Shown here: piece by piece, positions 35,601 to 47,500 of the stretch
How positions within the stretch are numbered: position 1 is the first letter of the stretch
How the letters are laid out: the number at the start of each line of letters is the position of its first letter
Source of the DNA: a virus
DNA: 64,000 nt
Direction: 5' to 3' (one strand)
IMG/VR virus record: IMGVR_UViG_3300045988_102159
Coordinates: 32,001-96,000 of that record
Position numbers and translations under genes: made by a program
The notes under the pieces: generated by a model
The model's database searches: none
What the model was told of the DNA's origin: nothing
What the model saw: the letters and a program-made list of their open reading frames with translations, nothing else

Positions 35601-35729
35601 GTGCTTAATCTCAGATGCAGAATTAAAAGAAGAAAGAGTAAAATACACAACAGCATCTTCTGTGTTTACAAAAGCATTTTGAAATGTTGAAACCACAGGT
35701 GGATACAGTGTACTAACGACTGTTGCCAT
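32688..35729 (-). CDS. large baseplate/tail-tip structural protein
   Basis: 1013-aa ORF assigned by position. Confidence 0.6.
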   Translation of the reverse strand: MATVVSTLYPPVVSTFQNAFVNTEDAVVYFTLSSFNSASEIKHVHVSCVNQLNNENALNKLSGILIEDLQFDKVSGMYYVTIPTAYIEGNAFNTNQFYKVQIRFDSYNGTDEVPINDEAKKNSYLLSHTQYFSEWSSVCLIRPIHQPKIYLSVFENYTGNSYMTFNKGLTQIAGGLIFVTKNESGEEVILNTETETLEAYQFDILDDSNNVLFSTPTIYTGENLNPNNIVYNIDFSSLKNSADGSTSDPTSTYYVCRITCRTKNQYQLSKEYKFQIGEYTGADEWQPTIAAEVNDETASIKVSVKNEYSFSDGVSVYVRRASNKDNFKEWETIYSAKLQQIDFSIVDNTVESLTWYRYRVEALTSTGMSIAKPTMSKVVLPQFYDAYFSRGMEQYAVRYNYQVSSFKPVVNRAKIDTLGGKYPKFAENAVLNYKQFSISGLISAESDVYSEFANKTELIHHNNDTLKDLYSEYKDETGVKDLIRNDFKNYEKTGGNQYPSGPISSVTSQEYLTTTTNDWLYEREFREKLIAWLNDGEPKLYRSMAEGSMVVMLTDVTLTPNSTVGRRLWNFSATVYEIEDASSLDTLDTLGIYNRKMIGSINGGNHDSEDDPKDYIEVIKPAQMYKMTVTNNNDIRNEINDALSKKYSGVLAGYKAEDIVLKNVKIFYHSKPRYYTFQANSDGLTEITENTNGLAEMLNQNQVQRGYYFGVITRGSDGNHNIFVNERGYYQIPNKLDVTGLYFQIGDVVTIEYTLCYKERSSAKEAVSGASIDRTLVGQESGVFKPNAYLGNKIRNKYNFIQMNGDVMLSSKRMKYWKGICLDVTPYAVASIKYHNEDEYKNYLVGGTGVLHMLRDVPVDDICFLGIRMKLTNKKKYLQENEFRLDSSVGATNATALNWFTVIDNTDTKQPVSVIQDEQEPQDSFDETWNAIGMDAGTQMYNSIDEIKKPVLNTVYNINNELKLYYNYQWYDFAFASIDTIDGNTSTERIGIAAMPVEGMINYYGTVMTTNYQ

Positions 35730-35745
35730 ATTTCACTCTTCCTTT

Positions 35746-36003
35746 CTATTGGTTAGAAGAACTTGTGTCAATCCAAATGCCAACATGAGTATTAGTAGGC
35801 TGTGTTTTGCCAGTATATACAAATGTTGTATTTTTCATGTAGTCCATGTAATTGTCAAAGAATTGGGCAAGAGAATAATTACCCTTATCTTTACGTGTGT
35901 CCACTACGTTGTCAAAGCCAACTCCAAATTCAGAGTAAGGCAAAGTAAGTGAACCATCTTTGGCCTTTTGACCAACCTTTTTAACAAAGGATTTTACTGC
36001 CAT
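35746..36003 (-). CDS. small structural protein
   Basis: 85-aa ORF with an ATG/stop overlap with its neighbour. Confidence 0.55.
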   Translation of the reverse strand: MAVKSFVKKVGQKAKDGSLTLPYSEFGVGFDNVVDTRKDKGNYSLAQFFDNYMDYMKNTTFVYTGKTQPTNTHVGIWIDTSSSNQ

Positions 36004-36260
36004 TATTTAACTTCCTTCTCTTTAGGAGTGGCTTTTTGCTCCACTTGATTGACTTCTTGCTCCTGCTGTTGAGCTTTAGCCGCAACATCCATATCAATAG
36101 CTCTCAGCATTTCTCCTTGAACTTTTGGATAAAGACTGACAAGAATAGAATTAAGAGCATCTACCATAGCAGTAGCGCTAATTTCGTTTCTTAGCATAAA
36201 ATCGTCAATCATATCTTTTGCGAGAGCATGAACCCTCATACGTACTTCTAATTCGTTCAT
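36003..36260 (-). CDS. small helical protein
   Basis: 85-aa ORF with a Gln/Glu-rich C-terminus. Confidence 0.55.
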   Translation of the reverse strand: MNELEVRMRVHALAKDMIDDFMLRNEISATAMVDALNSILVSLYPKVQGEMLRAIDMDVAAKAQQQEQEVNQVEQKATPKEKEVK

Positions 36261-36282
36261 ATCCTTTTATCTCCTTTTTAAT

Positions 36283-39200
36283 CTATTGAGCAGTAGATGT
36301 TATAACTCTATGACTACCAGCAGTAGATGTATTAATAATATCAACAACTGTTGTGTCTGCGTCTCCGCCCTTATGCCCAACAACTTTAATAGTACCATAG
36401 GCAAAAGTATGAGTGTGGTTCTTATCAATTTTGCTATTAGCAGTAGCTTGCGCAGCATTAGCCGCAGCATGTGCCGCATTTGCTTTTGCTCTAGCATCAT
36501 TTACATCAGACTTGCGGGCATTTACTTCATTGTTAATCTGTGTTTGCAGATTATTTAACAAATCATAAATACAACCTAGGTGGTCTGAAACCTTAGTTGA
36601 AGTTCTATTAGCACCCATACAATTATGTGAATAAGCATTGTTATAACAATATTCATTACTATAATTCCAACCACTGATACTACGTATATCTCGTTCAGCA
36701 GTAAGTGATGTAGTTGATTGTGAATCAGGCGTACCTGTGAATACACCCCAGTTTGAAACAACACCATGACCAATGCTAACATAAGTTCGTTTACCGACAT
36801 GCGGTACTTCATCATAATTAGACTGAATGGTACCAGTACCAGACCTAATATAGAAAGCACCATTGCCACCAGACTGTGGAATAAGACTAATGCTTACACC
36901 ACCTTGCGCTTCGTTGTCTTTAATAGCGGTAGCAACTAATTTAATGCCATCAGGTGAAGTATCACTTACGATATTTACACCATTATTTTCAGCATTGAAT
37001 TTAAGACCTTCGCCAACAAGTGTAGTATTCTGTCCTTTATTGTTATTCAATGTCAAAACAGCTTTGGCATTGTTTGCGCCAATAGTAAAAGTACCATCTT
37101 CATTATTTGCAACAGAAGAGAAAGCCTTTGAATACATTAAATAGTCTTCGCCAGCTTTAATTTGGAAATCTTTATCTGCAATATTCGTAATCGAATTTGT
37201 TGCATTGAGTCTTAGATTGCCACCAATTGCATAAGTATAATTTCCATCTTCATCTGTCTTATCATCTTTTGGAGTACCAATAGCAGAAAGAGTAAAATCA
37301 CCAGTAGACATGGTAGTTTTTCTGTCTTTTGGATTCATAAACTCAAAATTATTATTAAGATATAAAACAGATGTCTTAGTCTTTTCATCTGTTATATCAT
37401 CTGCCGCAGATAAAGCAGATAATCTTAAATAAGAATTTTCGTGACCAATAATAGCCTGCTCTGAATCTATATGAATCCTATGCGTTGAACTATCCGCAGA
37501 CTCTTTGCCCAAATCTGGCGCATAAAGGTTAACGTATTTACCATAGACGTTGAAACCTCTTGGATATTCATTATTGGTACCTGTACCAGTAGAAAGATAA
37601 AGGTCTGTACTAGCTTTTTCAGAATTCTTAACTGTACCATCAACAAAGAATTTAAATAGATTAGTATTAGACCAACCAAACTGCGCACCAATATATTTGT
37701 TATCAGCAGCGCTTTTTCCAAAGGCACCAATCTTACCAATGCCCATTGAAGAATCTTGGTCTTGAATGGCATTAGTATAAAATTGCCCGAAAGCGTTAAT
37801 ACCTACAAGAGGATATCTATCCCATTCACCTTTTTCATTTTTATAGTGCCTAAAAATAGAAAATGTAGACGCCTTTGCTGGGTCAATTTCAACTTCAAGG
37901 CTATCTCCTTCTTTAAGAGCGCAATTTGCACCTGTAAAATCAATACCACTAGACTTCCCAAAAAGTGGCTTGCCTTTTACAGAAATATATGCTGGATTAG
38001 CACCAAGAATCAGACCTTGCTGATTATGTGGAACAGCAAATTGAGAACCAACAACTTTTCTCTTATCGGTATATCCTCCAACAAGAACAGATGGGCCATC
38101 AAAAACTTGGTTGCCATTTTCATCTACTTCGTTCTGTTCTGTTCTTGCAATATTATATAATGCGCGAGAACCGATTCTCCATGCGCCAATATAACTTTCG
38201 CCACCTGGAACTAGTTTAATGCGGCCTTCCTCAAAATGATTATTCTGCGATGCCTGCTGCTCTGGCAAACCAAAAGTAGCTGAACCATCTTTAGCATCTA
38301 AGAAAATAGACTGCTTACCTTCTGAGAACCCCATTAAACCAATTTGAGATTCATCTGAATCATAAGTCTTTGAAGTTCCCATTACAACGCCAGTGAATTG
38401 ATTGTTCTTATTCTTTTCACCAGCGCCAATTTGCGGCGCAAGGATGTAATTTTCATCTTCATTGATTTCTAGGTGCGTTCCATCCCAGTCATTCAAAGAT
38501 TTAAGACCATAAGTATTCAGTGACATATAGATAGGAATATATAGCTCAACAACAGGATTAGCCGCATCTGCTGACGTATAAACTTTACAATGAACTAAAT
38601 TATTTCCATACTCACCATCATACACGTCATTTGGAAGAATATAGATTTGACTTAATCCTTTTGTGCGAACTGTCTTTTGCACACCATCTGACGTATTCTT
38701 TTCTGTAATAATCTTAAAGCAAGCACTTAATGGATTCTCGTCATATATTTGACTAGTTTTTGAAGGCTCGCCGCCCTCAGCTATCCATTCAATAAATAAA
38801 TCTTCAATGTCAGAGCCAATAAGCGTAACACCTTGATTCTTGTTATATAGCGGATTACGTCCATCTGCGTTATAAGTAATAGACTTTAAAAGAGAAGTTT
38901 TGTCAATTTGAATATCAGTATCTGCGTATTTCTTAATTACTGGAATGCCATAAAAAGCATAATACTTATATGAAGAATCTCCAACGGTATAAGTCGTTTG
39001 AGCCTTAACGATTTGGTTCATAAACTTCCGCTTATCCGCATCGGTCGCATTCCAAGAGACAACGCCATCATTACAACTCATATATTTGCTTTGACCGTAG
39101 CCCATAGACCAATAGACAGCAGAATCGTCATTGATTTTCTCATTGCGCTGATAGAGCTGAAATTGCAAAACTTGTTGCGAGATTGCTTGCCCTGTATTCC

Positions 39201-41424
39201 ACGCAACTTTATTATTCTTATCAATAATAAGCGCAAGCATTTTATTCTTTAGACTCTTGGAAGTAGGAGAAATCTTAGCAACAATATCTGTGCCATTTGT
39301 GCCATTCTCGCCTACCTTAGTAAATAGAAAATCAGTCATTTGACTATATGTAACACCTTGGTATGTTACGATAGCTTCAATCTGATTTGATACAGCGGAA
39401 TAGTCAAAGTTTGCGGCAATCGCCATAGGGTAAATTTGTGAAGTACAATATTCAATTTTCTGATTAGATTGATTAAGTACCATTCCTTCTTTTGGAATAG
39501 TAATCATTGAATCTGTTAATGGTACTCGCCATTTAATATCATATGTATCTTTGTTAACTTCAAGCCCAGCCGGGTCGAAGAAATGGCAAGTAAGTGGTTT
39601 AACCTCTAATGGGTCTTCATATCTATCATCATCAGGTGATACACCAGATTCACTATACTGGAATACTTGGTCGCCATTTTCAATAGTGATATAATAATCA
39701 GTAGGGTTTGCGGCAGTTGCATTCTTTAAAGTAAGTGTCGCAACACCGATATTATATTCAACATCTTCTACAGATTCATCTTTTGAAGGCTCCCTATCGC
39801 GCAAATAGACCGCGCATTTGAAAGCAGCCTTAGAGTCAATGCCTTTAACTGGATAAGTAAGCGTATTTTTATCCCATGACGCACCTTCAAGCGCATTCAT
39901 TTGATTCTTTAAAGCAGACAGGCTATTATATCCGATACCCTGCTTCATACCATCTTCGTAGCGCTTCTTTAACTCTTCAACTGTCTCGTTGAAAGATAAT
40001 GTTTGACCATAATCGTCAACTTTAGACCAAACAAATCTAAAGAAATTATCTGGATGCCCATTTGCTTTACCTGCTTCAAAGCTAGAAGATTTGCCGTCCA
40101 AGAGACAGGTTAAAGTTGGTTTACCACGGTCAAAACTAAAACTAACTCCAAGAGAAGAAGTAATTTCAATATCACGTTTTGCTGCTTCATTATATAAAAT
40201 AAAATAATCTTTTAAAACCATTTGCTCTTTATAGACGCAAACGCACATATATTTATTTTCATAAGCACGATTTTCCGCACCAGTAGTAACAAAGCCATAC
40301 TTATTGCCTTTGGCTTCAAGATAAGACCAGCCAGCTCCACCGTACATCTTATAATCTTTTGAGCTTGCGGTTACTCGTCCATCTTCTTTGAACCAGTAAA
40401 ACATAGCATCGCCTGATAAGTCTTCGTTTTTATGACGAAGAGTGCTGACAACGCTTAAAGAAGAGTTTTCAGTTAAGTCTCTAAGAGTTGAACCTTTCGG
40501 CATAGACAAGTGCATCTGATAATCACCATTTGCCGCACTAATCTTTTTCAGACCATAGAATTCAATATCTTTAATAAAAATATCATCGCCCCAGCCAATC
40601 GGCCTATCTTGTGATTGAATTGGGTCTGTTGTTTCTACGAAGTCTTTACAATAGAAGATAATCTGGTCAATATATAAGAAATTTTCAACATCTATTGGAA
40701 AAATCTGATATTGGTCAAAATAGTTTTGATATTTAAGTGGCGAACCTGTCATGCTATTGCTGTCGATAGTATACGACAGTTTTTTAACTAGCGCCTGACC
40801 GTTATCATCTGTAGCGTCTCCGTCTTTAAAAGCTAAGATAAAAGTAATACCATATTCGCCAGTCTTTGTAAGTTTATGCTCTCGCGGCAGAGATGTGCGG
40901 AAAGACGCTTCAATCAGCACCGCTTCTGCCTGTTTAATATTATTCTCTAGCTCTTGGGTATCAATAGATAAGAACTTAGGCTGAGAGCCACTTACATCTT
41001 CATCTTTCTTATATAGAACTTTGTAATCTTCCTTCTTATAAGAACGAAGTCCCGCAGGCATGACTTGATTTTTATCACTAAGGCAATTGCGGCCAATGAG
41101 ATTGTAGTTACTAATGGCCGAAGATACGAAACTGATATTATTATCATCTTCTGCCGCCTGTGCAACACCTACGATATTCTTTTTCTTGGTGAAATCACCT
41201 TCTGGAATAAGGACATACACTGATTGACCTTGAGTATATGTGTTTCCTTCTTGGGCATATGCTTTTAATTTGCCACCATTATAGGAAACGAGATATTCAC
41301 CTGTAAGTGAATTAGTACAGCCAGCGACAGTGGCGGTAACTGTTTTATCCGTAGCTATCTGTTCTATTCTATTGGATACAATTGTATCCACAGCTTCAAG
41401 AACAACGTCCTGTAGATTCGCCAT
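36283..41424 (-). CDS. giant tail-tip protein (first gene after the tape measure; Dit/Tal position)
   Basis: 1713-aa uninterrupted ORF with an Ala-rich coiled coil near the C-terminus (ANAAHAAANAAQATAN). Confidence 0.7.
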   Translation of the reverse strand: MANLQDVVLEAVDTIVSNRIEQIATDKTVTATVAGCTNSLTGEYLVSYNGGKLKAYAQEGNTYTQGQSVYVLIPEGDFTKKKNIVGVAQAAEDDNNISFVSSAISNYNLIGRNCLSDKNQVMPAGLRSYKKEDYKVLYKKDEDVSGSQPKFLSIDTQELENNIKQAEAVLIEASFRTSLPREHKLTKTGEYGITFILAFKDGDATDDNGQALVKKLSYTIDSNSMTGSPLKYQNYFDQYQIFPIDVENFLYIDQIIFYCKDFVETTDPIQSQDRPIGWGDDIFIKDIEFYGLKKISAANGDYQMHLSMPKGSTLRDLTENSSLSVVSTLRHKNEDLSGDAMFYWFKEDGRVTASSKDYKMYGGAGWSYLEAKGNKYGFVTTGAENRAYENKYMCVCVYKEQMVLKDYFILYNEAAKRDIEITSSLGVSFSFDRGKPTLTCLLDGKSSSFEAGKANGHPDNFFRFVWSKVDDYGQTLSFNETVEELKKRYEDGMKQGIGYNSLSALKNQMNALEGASWDKNTLTYPVKGIDSKAAFKCAVYLRDREPSKDESVEDVEYNIGVATLTLKNATAANPTDYYITIENGDQVFQYSESGVSPDDDRYEDPLEVKPLTCHFFDPAGLEVNKDTYDIKWRVPLTDSMITIPKEGMVLNQSNQKIEYCTSQIYPMAIAANFDYSAVSNQIEAIVTYQGVTYSQMTDFLFTKVGENGTNGTDIVAKISPTSKSLKNKMLALIIDKNNKVAWNTGQAISQQVLQFQLYQRNEKINDDSAVYWSMGYGQSKYMSCNDGVVSWNATDADKRKFMNQIVKAQTTYTVGDSSYKYYAFYGIPVIKKYADTDIQIDKTSLLKSITYNADGRNPLYNKNQGVTLIGSDIEDLFIEWIAEGGEPSKTSQIYDENPLSACFKIITEKNTSDGVQKTVRTKGLSQIYILPNDVYDGEYGNNLVHCKVYTSADAANPVVELYIPIYMSLNTYGLKSLNDWDGTHLEINEDENYILAPQIGAGEKNKNNQFTGVVMGTSKTYDSDESQIGLMGFSEGKQSIFLDAKDGSATFGLPEQQASQNNHFEEGRIKLVPGGESYIGAWRIGSRALYNIARTEQNEVDENGNQVFDGPSVLVGGYTDKRKVVGSQFAVPHNQQGLILGANPAYISVKGKPLFGKSSGIDFTGANCALKEGDSLEVEIDPAKASTFSIFRHYKNEKGEWDRYPLVGINAFGQFYTNAIQDQDSSMGIGKIGAFGKSAADNKYIGAQFGWSNTNLFKFFVDGTVKNSEKASTDLYLSTGTGTNNEYPRGFNVYGKYVNLYAPDLGKESADSSTHRIHIDSEQAIIGHENSYLRLSALSAADDITDEKTKTSVLYLNNNFEFMNPKDRKTTMSTGDFTLSAIGTPKDDKTDEDGNYTYAIGGNLRLNATNSITNIADKDFQIKAGEDYLMYSKAFSSVANNEDGTFTIGANNAKAVLTLNNNKGQNTTLVGEGLKFNAENNGVNIVSDTSPDGIKLVATAIKDNEAQGGVSISLIPQSGGNGAFYIRSGTGTIQSNYDEVPHVGKRTYVSIGHGVVSNWGVFTGTPDSQSTTSLTAERDIRSISGWNYSNEYCYNNAYSHNCMGANRTSTKVSDHLGCIYDLLNNLQTQINNEVNARKSDVNDARAKANAAHAAANAAQATANSKIDKNHTHTFAYGTIKVVGHKGGDADTTVVDIINTSTAGSHRVITSTAQ

Positions 41425-41444
41425 TGTCAGCTCCTTTTCAATCC

Positions 41445-41480
41445 AAATAAAAAACGGGAGAACATAAAGTTCTCCCGTTT
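41445..41480 (-). terminator. intrinsic terminator/attenuator after the tape measure gene
   Basis: 12-bp hairpin AAACGGGAGAAC / GUUCUCCCGUUU with a T-run on the minus strand. Confidence 0.6.
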
Positions 41481-41543
41481 ATAAAATTATGCTCTAAGAC
41501 ATATCAAAACCACAAATATTCGATTATAAAATTTTGCCCATGT

Positions 41544-44500
41544 TTATCTAAACTTATAGGCGTATTGAATTGCTCTATCGTTCAGAGACATAAGCGCAGA
41601 TTCGATTTCTGCTGCATTGTTCGCAGCTGGGAATTCAGCTGTGATATGTACGTTTTGGTCAATTGTCTCAGATGCGTTATTTGCTTTCGCGCCATTTACC
41701 GCTCCAAGAGCAGTAGAAAGTGATTGCGCAAGACTTGTAGATTTAAGTTTGTCCGCAAAAGACCTTACGGATTCAACTGCTGCAAGAATATTTTGCGTAT
41801 CTGTAGCATTAAGGACAAGTTCTTTTTGATGTAGGAATGCAAGTTTACCATTCTTAGCATCCGCTGTCTTGTCAGACCAAGAACCTGTGTAGCCGCCTGT
41901 ATCATATCCGATTAGATTCTTTGAGCTATATTTCATAGAACCGTAATCAACAAGTTTACCAGACCTAGAATATTGGTCGATAATATCCTGAACGTGGCGG
42001 GCAAAAGCGGTACCGTATGCGCCAGTCAGCTTGCTGGAACGTACAGGGTCATTGCCCCAGCCAGAAGCCCAGCCATAAGTCCAAATCGCCTTAGCAATGC
42101 CCCAAGCAGTATCTTCATTGGCGCCAGCTCCACCGCCGCCACCGCCAGATGAAGGACCGTTAGCGTTACCATAGTGTTCATAATTATAGTTCTTTTGCTC
42201 AGCCTGCTTTAGAGCTTCACTTAGATTAGCATTTTCTTGCTCTTTCTTGGCCAGCTTATTAGCAGTTTCATCAGCGAGTTGCTTGAATGCCTGCATATTG
42301 TTGTTAGCATCTGTAATACGATTGGCGTAATCAGTCATCGTAGATTCGGTCTTTTTGACTTCACCAGATACATCTTTAAGAATGTTAATAAATTCTTTTG
42401 TGCTGTCCGCAAGTTCTTTTGTCTTATCCGTTGTGCCGCTGATACTATTGGAAATATCATCAAAGTTAGTCTTGGCTATGTCTGCGATAGTCTTTGTACC
42501 ATCCGCATAATCTTTACCAGCTTGCGTCAAATCACCAAGCATCTTATCAGTGTCGGCTTTGAACTGGTCCATATTCTGTAACCAAGAGGTCAAAGAAGTA
42601 GACCAACGTGTATCAATCTGGTCAAAAGCATCGGTACTACCATTAACAATCTGGTCGTATACGTCTTGTAGATTATCTTTGTTCTCGCCAGTAAGCATAT
42701 CGCACATGCCGATGAAATCATTGATAATGTTCTTCTGGGATGTGCTTAGCTGTTCACTGGTTCCAGCGAGATATTCTTTGAGTGAGTCAATGATGGCCTG
42801 CGTTCTCTTAGTCTTCTCTTCAAGAGACAGATTAGCATTGTTCCAAATGTCATTGACTGTAGACTGGGCATCCTGTAGAGCAGACAGTGAATCCGCCTGA
42901 GTTTGCTTCATCTGGTCTTTAGACATATTGTATGCGTTGTTCTGTGCATCTAGAAGGTCAGACTGCGCGGAACGGACATTATCATCATTCGCTGTATAGA
43001 CATATGAATAGTTACCCTGAGTATCCCTGCGAAGTTTCATTTGAGACTTATTGCGCTGGGCTTCTTCAAGTGCAATTTGCTTCTGTAAGATTTCAAGCTG
43101 TGCATTTGCATAGTTTACATCATATTCAGATAGCTTAGTCTTATCACGCAGATATTCAAGCTGTTCTTTCATCTGTGCTGAAATCTTTTGCTGGATAGCC
43201 AAATCATTTGAACCATCCAAGAGGTCAAGATACTTGCTCTGTAGCTTTTGGATGTTATAGGATTTATTAACGTCATCGAGATAGTAATCAGCGTTGCGAT
43301 TGATTAGCTCCCACTGTGTATTCATCCAATCGAGGTCAGTGCCGACAGCTTTGGTTCCCCATGCTTTAGTAATCTTTGAAACTGTATTTGAATACTGCTT
43401 TTGTAGATTCTCTAAGGAGTTTTGAATAAGGTCATTAATGTCAGAAGTAGCATCTTTAATCTTGTCAGATACTTCATTCCACTCTTCCGAACCTTCTTTC
43501 ATGGAGCCAAGCATATCTTTCCAAATATCACGTTGCTGCATTAACTCATTCAACTGTGCTTTGTAATTATTCTGCTGCGCGCCAAGGATGGTATTTAAAT
43601 CATCGTAAGACTCTTCGCCATGTAGAAGTTCTGTAATATCTAACCAATGTTCAAGTTCATCTGTGATAGCTTCATACTGGTCTTTACGTCTATCCATCTT
43701 ATCGCTAATATCATCAATCATATCCATAACATTGTCATGGAGACTTTCAATTAATGACCAATAGTCCTGAGCAAGTCCTGCGGCCTGTTCATATACTGTC
43801 TTAGCCACGTCATAGAGGTCTGCGGAATTCTCACCGAAAATATCAGATTTACCAGTCTCTTCAAACTGCTTCATCTGAGCGTTAATATCAGTTAGATTCT
43901 TCATAGACATATCGAAATAACCAGTGCCGTAGTAGTCTACACTCTTGTCACCATTGAGCGCACGCTGTTTGGCAGCTTTAAGTTCCTCTACGCGGCCTGC
44001 TGACCATTTCTTGTATGCGTCAGATGCGCCTTTAGCATTTGCAGCATCCTCTTGCTTCTTGATAAGATTATCGTAGTATTCGTCAACGCTCATTGTTGCA
44101 ACATCAAAATATTTGCCGAGTTTGGCAACATTATCTGCTGCTTCTTGATAAGGCGTTAGCTGAATACCGCGATTGAACGCACGGTCGAAATCAACTAGAC
44201 TTTCTTGAATATCTTTAAGATTATCAAGCGATTCAATTTGAGTCTTTAATACGTTGATACGCAGGTCTTCAATTTCATCATTGAGGTCTTCAATTTGCTG
44301 GATTGTATCTCTTAAATCACTTGAAATCAAAGTGTCATAACGCTGATATAAAGTCTTAAATTTATCAAGGTTATCATTAGCCGCGTCAATTTGGTCATTA
44401 ATAGCATCTTGAGCTTCTTCTGTACCAGCCGCATTATATTGGTTAATAAGATTATTAACATTATCAATTAATCCTTGATGAATCTTTGCATAGTTAGAAA

Positions 44501-47500
44501 TATAACCTTCATCATCAAATTGAATACCATATCCAGATAATTTAGATTGCAGTTCATTCATTTCATCATTCTGGATACTTAACTTTTCTTTCTGTAAGTC
44601 AATTTGACGTTTTAAAAGTGAAGTCTGCTTAGAAAGATTCTCAACTAATTTATCACCAGTTAAGCGTTCCTGCTCTTTATTGATACGTTCATAGTCATTT
44701 GCGATTGCTTCAAGAAGTGTATTAACACGTTCATAACGGTCAATTTCATCATCAAGAGCTTCTTTAGTATCAGGAGTGAAGGAGCCACCGCCACCTCCAC
44801 CACCGCCGCCACCTCCGCCGCCTGAGCCAGACGAAGGAAATCCAAAGTTTGACGGTGGCACAGCGCCACCAACACCAGAAGGCGCCCAATCTTTAATGCT
44901 AGGAGTTGAAGACCCAAATAGTGAGCTTAGACCCTTTGCAAGTTGCTTAGAATGTTCTTTAATAGATGCTTGCGAACCTGTAGTAGCATTTGACCAAGTA
45001 GATTTGCCAGTAAATTTATTAACGTATTCTTCTTGAACAATTCCGTCAGCAGTAGTTCTTGTTTTACCAGTAGAAGTAAGATTCTTATTTCTGCTTGCAG
45101 CAGAACCATTAGAAGTAGAGTTATTGGTTCCTTTGATGTGCATCTTAAAGTTTGGAACAGTAATGGTACCTACTTTGTCTGTACCTTTTCCATCCTCGGT
45201 AGACTTAATATCATAGGTAGAAGCTGTAACTTCTTCTGTACTACTGCTAACGTCACCATCAATGCCACCAAACATAGCCATAATATCAGAAATAATACCT
45301 GATATGCCATCTGCCATATTTGAAACTGCGCCTTCGGCTTCTGCCATTGTTCCTTGCATCGCCGCACCAGCAACTTCACTATTGGACATCATAGCTTTTG
45401 CTAAGCCCTGTCCTGTAGTAAGCATGGTATATGCTTGGTCAAGTGTCATTGCTCCAGTAGACGCAATTGAAGCAGCTGTGTTTTTCGCGGCATCGGTATT
45501 TGTCTGATAAAAAGTTGTCATTGAACTAGCTAAGCCAGAAATGGTATCAGCATATTGCTCTTTAATGCCACCCATTTCATTTGTTGCGCTAGTAGCTACT
45601 TTACCAGTATCCTCAAATACTTCATTAATTTTTTCAAAATTGTCTGTAACAAAATTATTAAAATCAGCAGCAGCATCAAGATTTTTCATGCTCTTGGCTA
45701 GTTTATTAATTTGTTTGGCGGCATCTCTCTGCTTTTTTGACATACCAGCAGTAACATTGCTAATATCCCTAGAATTCTTAATTTGCTCAACTTGTTCATC
45801 AGTTAAACCACTAGTTGCCTGTTCCATTTTAATAGATTGCTGTGCAGCTTTTTTCATTGTATTGGAATACTGAGTAACATTCATTTTGCCACTCTTGAAC
45901 TGCTTATTAGCTTGCTGCAAGCCAGTATACAGTTCATTTGTCATAATCTGAGCAAAATTAGAAATATCATCATCGTTTAATACGTCAGCAAGTTTCTGAC
46001 CGCTGTTAACAGCGTTATCAATTTTGCTTGCTAAAGTATCAAAACCAGAATTTAACCTATCTAAGAAATCTGTGTTTGAAATAGCGCCATTAGTAAGTAA
46101 GTCATTAAGTTGTTGTATTTCTTGAAGTGGTTGTTGTAAATCAAGATTATTATTAGAAAGGTTCTGGTATGCCGCAAGAATGTCTGTATTCGCTTGAGAC
46201 ATATTAATGGCTTCGCCAGTTGCTTCTTTCATCGCAGCGGTCTGTTCACGTGTTTTTTGTGTCCACTGTTCAACCGCACGCTGATTCAGCTGATATTGGT
46301 CGCCAACCTTTTGCAAGAATTCAACATACCCTGGATGTTCTACCATAATATTAGCGGCTTCATCTTCTGTAAAACCACCGTTCTTTTGGTAAGCAGTTTG
46401 ATAGTCTTCAAGAACGTCTTTCATTGAAGACTTGCTCTTGACCGCACTCTCTAGGTTATCTGTTGAAATATCAGAACTTAATCCTGCCATAACAGAATTT
46501 TTAACATCGTCCTTGCCACCTTGCATAGCAGAAACGAGTCCGTCGATATATTCTTGTCCAGCTTCTTTTCCAAGAGACTGATATTTAGCTTTAATAGCTT
46601 CATTATCTAGAAGAGAATCTTCAATTTCTTTCTTAGATTTATTAACAAAATCACTCTTATTCAATCCGTCTTCTGCGGCACTAGCCATATTGTCAATAAT
46701 GGTTTTTGCATTAGCAATATTTTCGTCATTTAAGTAATCCTGAGCATCAGAAACATGTTGTTTTGCTTCATCTAGCTTTGACTTTGTATGTTCATACATA
46801 ACATCGTCTTTGCTCATGCTATTAAGTTTTTTCTGATACTTATCTACTTCTTTTTGAGCTTTAGCAGATGCTTCTGTAACATTACCGATTTTCTCTTGGA
46901 TAGATAATCCGCTAGTATCTTGACCAATCCAATTTGTAGTTAAACCAGCCTGATTGCTTAAAAAGTCATTCTCAAATGCAATTCTAGCGGCATTATTAAC
47001 AAAAGGCGTATAAGTAGAAGCTCCTTTATCTAGTGCAGTTAAAGCTTGCTTACCTTGTGACGCGGCTAATTCTTTAGATGCCGTACTAGCTTTACTAATT
47101 TTTTCGGCTAAAGTATCAAAGTCTCCTGAATTTTCAAGCGCCTTACCACCCGCGATGTCAAGAGAATCAATTAGATTATCAGTAGCACTCTTTAATTCAT
47201 CAGTAACTTCCCCAGTTTGCTTATACGAAGCATATGCCGCATCAAAGGAAGAGGTATCAACAGATGCCATCTGTTGAGTATTTGTATATGTCTCAACTTG
47301 TTTGTCTCTTTCAGCTTGATTTTTTTGATGAAGAAAATTGAGCAAAGCGCCACCAGCGGTAGCGATTCCAATAGTTGCCATACCAAGAGGACTACTTAAA
47401 CCTTCGATAAGCGCTTTAAATACTTGAAGACCAGCAGATGCAATTTTTGCTCCTGCACCAAAAGCCTTAAACTTAATAGTAGTTGCTGTAAGTCCATTCG

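Noticed and set aside
44776-45036. Plus-strand ORF encoding a poly-proline run.
   Set aside because: It is simply the antisense of the Gly13 run of the tape measure protein.
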